Assembly: GCF_009834535.1 (NCBI RefSeq)
Contig: NC_045698.1
Coordinates: 1,056,001 to 1,120,000 of the forward strand
Direction: 5' to 3'
DNA length: 64,000 nt
Source of the DNA: Camelus ferus
Lineage: Eukaryota
The notes under the pieces are model-generated. The model saw only the letters and a program-made list of their open reading frames with translations, was not told the origin of the DNA and ran no database searches. Below are positions 59,334-64,000 of this stretch, in pieces; the first letter of the stretch is position 1; every line of letters begins with the position of its first letter. The translations under genes were made by a program, and so were the position numbers.

Positions 59334-59396
59334 AAAAAGAAAAAAAAAAAGGGAAAAAGGGGAAAAAAAAGAAAGAGAAAGAAGAAAGAAAAAAAA
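59334..59396 (+). repeat. 63-nt uninterrupted A-rich polypurine tract
   Basis: Only A and G occur from 59334 to 59396. Confidence 0.9.
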
Positions 59397-59399
59397 TGG

Positions 59400-61200
59400 A
59401 GCCATCAGCGGCAGTTGGAGGGTCGATAAAGCTTTTAGATTCGGAGACGGTTTCCGGGAGCCCATTTCCCGCGGCTAAGAGCTGTTAATGGTGCTTAAGG
59501 AATTATCTGAGCCGGCCGGCGGGAGAGCCGTATATTTCCCGCGCCTGTTCCCTGTCGGGTCTGGATACGCCGCTGTCAGACTCGCTTAATGAAAAGTAAC
59601 GCGCCGCTGATTACAGTTTTATTTGGGCCCTATGTAAAGAGCGCCGTTAATTTAGCATCCCCTCCTTGGTGTGTTTGAATTTGCCACGCCTGAACGGCTG
59701 AGAGCCTCGGTCCCCAGCGCTCCTCTCTGACAGCCTCCCCGGGAGGGAAGTGGGGCCCCGCTGCACGGACAGCGACCTTTCCCCGCAGCCGCCACTCCTA
59801 AAATTCACGCTGTGGTCCCCTCATCCCTGCCGCGTGAGGATCGGCCGGAGGGTGGGTGAGAGTTTCTCCAGGACCCTTTCAGAGGGTGTAAAAGGAGCTG
59901 GGTCCAAGTGACAGCCCCACCTTTGGAGGCGTCCTTTGGGGCGATTCGCCCCTGTGGTTTGGCTGAATCCTCCCTCCCCACTTGACATCTTCATTTTACA
60001 TCATTTTTCAGTTTAATCAAATAAACCCTTTCAGTTGGCCAGTTCCACCAAGATCCAGAGGCTCCGGCAAAGTGGGATTCTGACAGCCCGGTCTGCAGGG
60101 ACAGGCGGGGCCACCATGCCGCAGCGATGGCTGGAGCCTGAGGTCCCCAGGGCAACACGCTCTGGCAGCGGGAGCCCTCTGGGCTGGGGGCCGGCTCCGG
60201 GAAGGGCCTGCTCTGGAAGGATCTGGAGTCAGATCCAACCGGGTCCGCAGCGCGAGCCTGGCCACCCTCGGCCCACAGCCTGGGGCCCCGCAGAGGCCCA
60301 AGCCTGGAGTTTTCATCTCCACAGCCTCTCCTGTGCTTCGTCAAGCCCCCTGCGTCAGAGAAGCCTTGCTTTTGCTGAAAATGCCTGGCTTTGTCTGGGG
60401 CTGGGTGGGGGCGCGCTTGGCGGCTGCCCTCAGCGCATTAAAATTCCTGGCGCCCCAGCCTCGCAGCAGCGTCTCCCCAGAGACTCCACTTCCGCTATTA
60501 CTGTCAAGTCCCCTTGACTCTTTATTTTTGCCCTTTTATCTATTACAACTAATTCGCGTTCTTTTGCCCTTTTCAGTCTAAGACGCGGGCTTTCTGCAAA
60601 GCCTCCCCCTACCAGCAGGCTCTCGGAGCGCGCAGCCTTTAGAAATTGAGGGGTTTACTGTCAAAATGAAAATTTCACTTCAAATTATCTTGCCTGATGC
60701 TCGCTCGCCAGGCCGGGGGCTCCCGCCGCAGCCTTTTGACAGACACATCGGCGTCGAGCTCCCGAATCTCGATAATATCATCCAAGAGAGCGAAAGTCAA
60801 TACGGTGACAGCGCCGGGCGGATACAATCCAATTACTGCGCGGCCGGCGGGGCGCAGGGTCCGCGGCTGCGCCTGGCGCTCCAGGCCTGGGGTTCCAGGC
60901 CCCATCACTCAGAGCCGGGTCCGCCGGGGTCCGCCGGCAGGGCCCCACCGCTGGGGGTGTCGCATGCCGTTTCGCTCTCTAGGGCCGTAAACTCTCCCAA
61001 CGCCAGGCCCGTCAGGCCCACTTCCCAGCGCTCCCGGCCTGCCCTGGTCTCTTCCAGGGGCCCGGGACCCCACAGGCCCCGCCCGGTGCCACCCAGCCCC
61101 TCACAGAAGAAAGCTTAAGCCTGGGCTGTCCCCTGACGGCTGCCCACCAGCGCACCCGCAGCTGGCGCCTCTGCGGCTGTTGGTCTGCCTGCCTACTGGC
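59400..61200. promoter_or_regulatory. CpG-rich region with candidate conserved enhancer modules just 3' of IRX4
   Basis: Visually dense CpG, no recognisable repeats, and clustered TAAT, TGACAG and TTTCCCGC motifs. Boundaries are approximate. Confidence 0.55.
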
Positions 61201-62132
61201 CAAAGGCCACCACTTCCGAGTTCCTGGACCTCCAGGCCGCTGCGGCCCTGCAGGCTCCCGGGATTTCTATGAAGCCCAGCAGGGCCTTAAGCAGAGGGCT
61301 TGCAGGCGAGGGGCGAGCCCTGAGTCCAGTGCAAGCTCACCAGCCCCCTGGGGACCAGGCACCCGGCGGGGGATGGGGCGGGGGGCAGCAAGGGAGGAGT
61401 GGGGCGGAGCAGGGGGGGAGGGAGGCGCAGCGTCCCCCATGGGGAGGAAGCCAGTGATTTCCTTCCAGACCCTAGCTGCTGGCCACCAGCGAACTGGGCT
61501 CTGCTGGGGAGGGTGTGGGGGAACCGGGTTTCTGAGAGAAGCCAGGGGTCTGCAGGGACCAGGGCTCACATCCTCCTGCCCCGCCCCCGGCCATTCCTTC
61601 CAGCCCCGCCTCCCTTCCCGCTGAGGGCTTCCTTCTCCAGGAGCCGCAGGCGCAGGCTTTCGGAAAGGTGGAGGCTCACAGCGAAGCAGCAGGTCCCTGG
61701 AGGGAGGGGGTGGTTAGGAGGCCAGGAGGGCGACAAACGAGCCTCACTCCCATGAAGCAGAGGCCGAGCAGCGTCTGCGGCAGGCTCCCTGCCCCGACAG
61801 GGCACAGTCCCGGGGGATTTAGACGTTTAAAAGTTATTCCAGTTTAACTGAAGAGACTTCTGCTTTCTCAAAGTCCTGGAGCCTGGCCATGGGGGGAGCT
61901 GAAAAGTTCAGGGTCTCCCTTCTGCTCCTGTCAGGGGCTCAGCAGAACCCTGAAAGTTCACCATGACTGTTCCCGTGAACACTGGCTTTGCCCTGTAGGC
62001 GACTCGAGTGAGGATCTGGGGTGACGGCCCCCCCACTCCTTCCCTTGGGGACCAGCACCTTTCCTCTTCCAAGTTCCCAAATCCCTGGGTTTCAAATGCA
62101 TTCACTTTGCAATGCAAACACCATCACTCGGT

Positions 62133-62138
62133 TTTATT
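62133..62138 (-). terminator. IRX4: IRX4 polyadenylation signal AATAAA (3' UTR about 0.57 kb)
   Basis: Plus-strand TTTATT at 62133-62138. On the minus strand there is an upstream TGTA (62189-62186) and a downstream GT-rich element (gatggtgtttgc). Confidence 0.8.
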
Positions 62139-62692
62139 GGTTTTGTTATATTAGCCTCTGAAGCAGGCAATGACTAGTGTGAACATACATTAAAAAACAG
62201 TTTTATCGCGTGAAGAGTGTGCAGTGGTGCGAACTCGGTGGGAGTGCTGCTGGGGAAAATCACGTGTGCTGAGGACGAACTCGGGGGTCTGCAGGCTGAG
62301 GGACGGGAGCAAGGAACAGGGGCATGCCTCAAATCCAAAAGAGACAGGCAAGACAAACAGGCCTCAGGACGAAACGCCTTCTGCGCATGAACTTTGGGAC
62401 ATAGACTTTATGCTCCAGGGTGTCTCCCCGCTGCTCTGAGGGCCGCCCTATCCTGCCAGGTCCCCGAGTTTGGAAGTGGCCCAGCCAACTGACTCCTGCC
62501 CAGATGCACAGACAGCTGGGGGCTTGTTTGTGACCCTGGGAAACTGAGTTCAGATCCTCCCTCTAGGGTGGTTGGTGGCCTGAGCTCTGCCGCGCCCTTG
62601 CCTTGCTTTGGAAACTCGGTAGAAAAGGGGTCGGCCACGTTGGAGCCTGCAGCCTGAGCGCCGGCTTCCTCCTCCCTCAGGGGCCCAGCCAG

Positions 62693-63516
62693 TCAGGCGC
62701 AAAAGGGCTTGCCGCCAGCCTTGGGCACAGCCAGCAACTCCTTGGCGGCACCGGCGGCAGAGGTGTCGTGGGGCGCGGCGGGCGGGAAGGAGCGGGCCAT
62801 TGATGTCGTCAACACGTTCGCGCCTGTCCCCAGCGAGCGGCCCAGCGGCCCCGGGTCCAGGAGGGTGCCCTTGGCGGTGGCCCAGACCTGGTTCAAAGTG
62901 CTGTGCCTGAGGATGGGGTCGTGGAAGACCCCATCCACCCAGTTTCTGAGACTGGTTACCGGGGAGTCCTGGTGCCGGTCCAGGGCGCCGGAGGGGGCCG
63001 GGGCTGTGGGTGAGGAGGAGGTGGGCTCCAAGGAGGCGGCCGCAGGGCCAGGGGGGCCTTGGCGCTTGAGCATGCACGAGGGAAACTCAGTCTGGCCGAG
63101 AGCAGAGGCAGCGGCCGCAGTGGCCGTGTGTGCCAGGGACCAGATTCTCGGCTTGGCTTCGAGGCCCGCCGGCGCCCCAGCCGGAGCAAAGCCCAGCTTG
63201 GCCTCGCAGGCCTGCGGGCCGCCTCCCGCGCCTGGCTGCTGTTCCGGCCCAGCTGCTGAGCTCCGGACGCAGCTCCGCACCCTTTCCAGGTCCTGGTCCA
63301 GGATGAGCGCACCCCCGGCAGCCAGGGGCATCCGGAGGGCGCCTGAGGCCTCCTTCCCTGGGGCGCTGGGGCCATCAGGCGTGGTGGGGATGCGCTCCAG
63401 GCCTCCATCCAGGGGCTGGAAGGGTGGCTTCAGCTCGCACTCTGAGGGCTCCCCCTCCAGGGGGTCGAAGTCCTCCAAGTCACTGAGCTCCAGATCCTTC
63501 TCTTTGCTGATGGACT
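62693..63516 (-). CDS. IRX4: Iroquois homeobox 4, terminal coding exon (C-terminal region including the IRO box)
   Basis: The minus-strand frame gives ...KEKDLELSDLEDFDPLEGEPSECELKPPF...EAKPRIWSLAHTATAAAA...QTEFPSCMLKRQG...HQDSPVTSLRNWVDGVFHDPILRHSTLNQ...KAGGKPFCA*, matching IRX4. IRO box KPRIWSLAHTAT is at 63154-63119. The acceptor is pyrimidine-rich and ends in CAG (63519-63517), phase 1. Stop TGA at 62695-62693. The homeodomain exons lie beyond the window end. Confidence 0.96.
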
Positions 63517-64000
63517 CTGCGGGGAGGGGAGAGAGTGTGTGACCAGTGAAGGGAGACAGATGATGGGGTAACCAGCACCCCACTCCCCCTTCCTCACTCT
63601 GAGCCCCTGGTGTGGGGCTTAACCCTGGAGCTAGGAAAGCACCCACGCCTTCCTACCCATCTCCCACCTCCTCAGAGGCTCCTGGTCCCCAAAACACCAC
63701 CAGGGCAGAGCTGATTTCTGCCTCCTATCAGTGGGGCTGGGGTCTAATGTTTTAAATGTGATTTTGGATCTTGAAGCACTCTCCTGGCTCACCGCCACAG
63801 GCCCACACGTGCACATGGCCTTGCTCACCCGGGGCCAGTTCATTCCTTTGCAGCCTAGACCCCGAGGGTTTGCCCCGGCTCCACGCCTTCAGAGGTCCTA
63901 GAACTGCGAGTAGGCACAGGCAGGCGCCGCGGGGCCCCAACCCAGCGTCGCCAGCCTCCCACACACCTTCACTCTTGGTGCTCTTGACCAGCTGCTCCTG

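Noticed and set aside
60666..61118. 150-aa ATG ORF (MKISLQIILPD...) near IRX4
   Set aside because: No recognisable protein similarity. The protein-like composition reflects the AT-richer candidate enhancer. PhyloCSF or Ribo-seq would be needed to revive it.
62709..63542. 277-aa plus-strand ORF
   Set aside because: Antisense shadow of the GC-rich IRX4 exon.
63517..63646. N-terminal 43 aa of the 317-aa minus-strand ORF
   Set aside because: It lies upstream of the splice acceptor and has no similarity to IRX4, so it is intronic read-through.
1..64000. tRNA, rRNA, snRNA or miRNA genes
   Set aside because: None recognised by eye. An Infernal/tRNAscan search would be needed to exclude small RNAs formally.

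Overview
This is a GC- and CpG-rich mammalian genomic window with no prokaryotic features. It holds the last two coding exons of NDUFS6 (+; 1988-2110 and 2861-2926, poly(A) signal 3302-3307) and the terminal coding exon of IRX4 (-; 63516-62693, poly(A) signal 62138-62133). The two genes are convergent and about 59 kb apart, the same order as the human 5p15.33 NDUFS6-IRX4 interval at the end of the IrxA cluster. NDUFS6 residues and the repeat content suggest a cetartiodactyl, most likely a camelid (inference). The intergenic DNA contains old MaLR (MLT1-like) solo LTRs, an ERV1-like solo LTR, a hAT-Charlie DNA transposon interrupted by an LTR, L1 fragments, short tandem repeats, and several AT-rich, homeodomain/TALE-motif-rich islands that look like conserved enhancers. 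Nearly all ORFs in the supplied track are artefacts of high GC. I found no evidence of a new protein-coding system. The most interesting signals are a strong AT-to-GC drift in the repeats, a possible recursive splice site at the start of NDUFS6 exon 3, candidate Irx-cluster enhancers, and a locally duplicated 78-110 bp element. Repeat family names and human/mouse/bovine comparisons come from remembered sequences and need RepeatMasker/BLAST confirmation.
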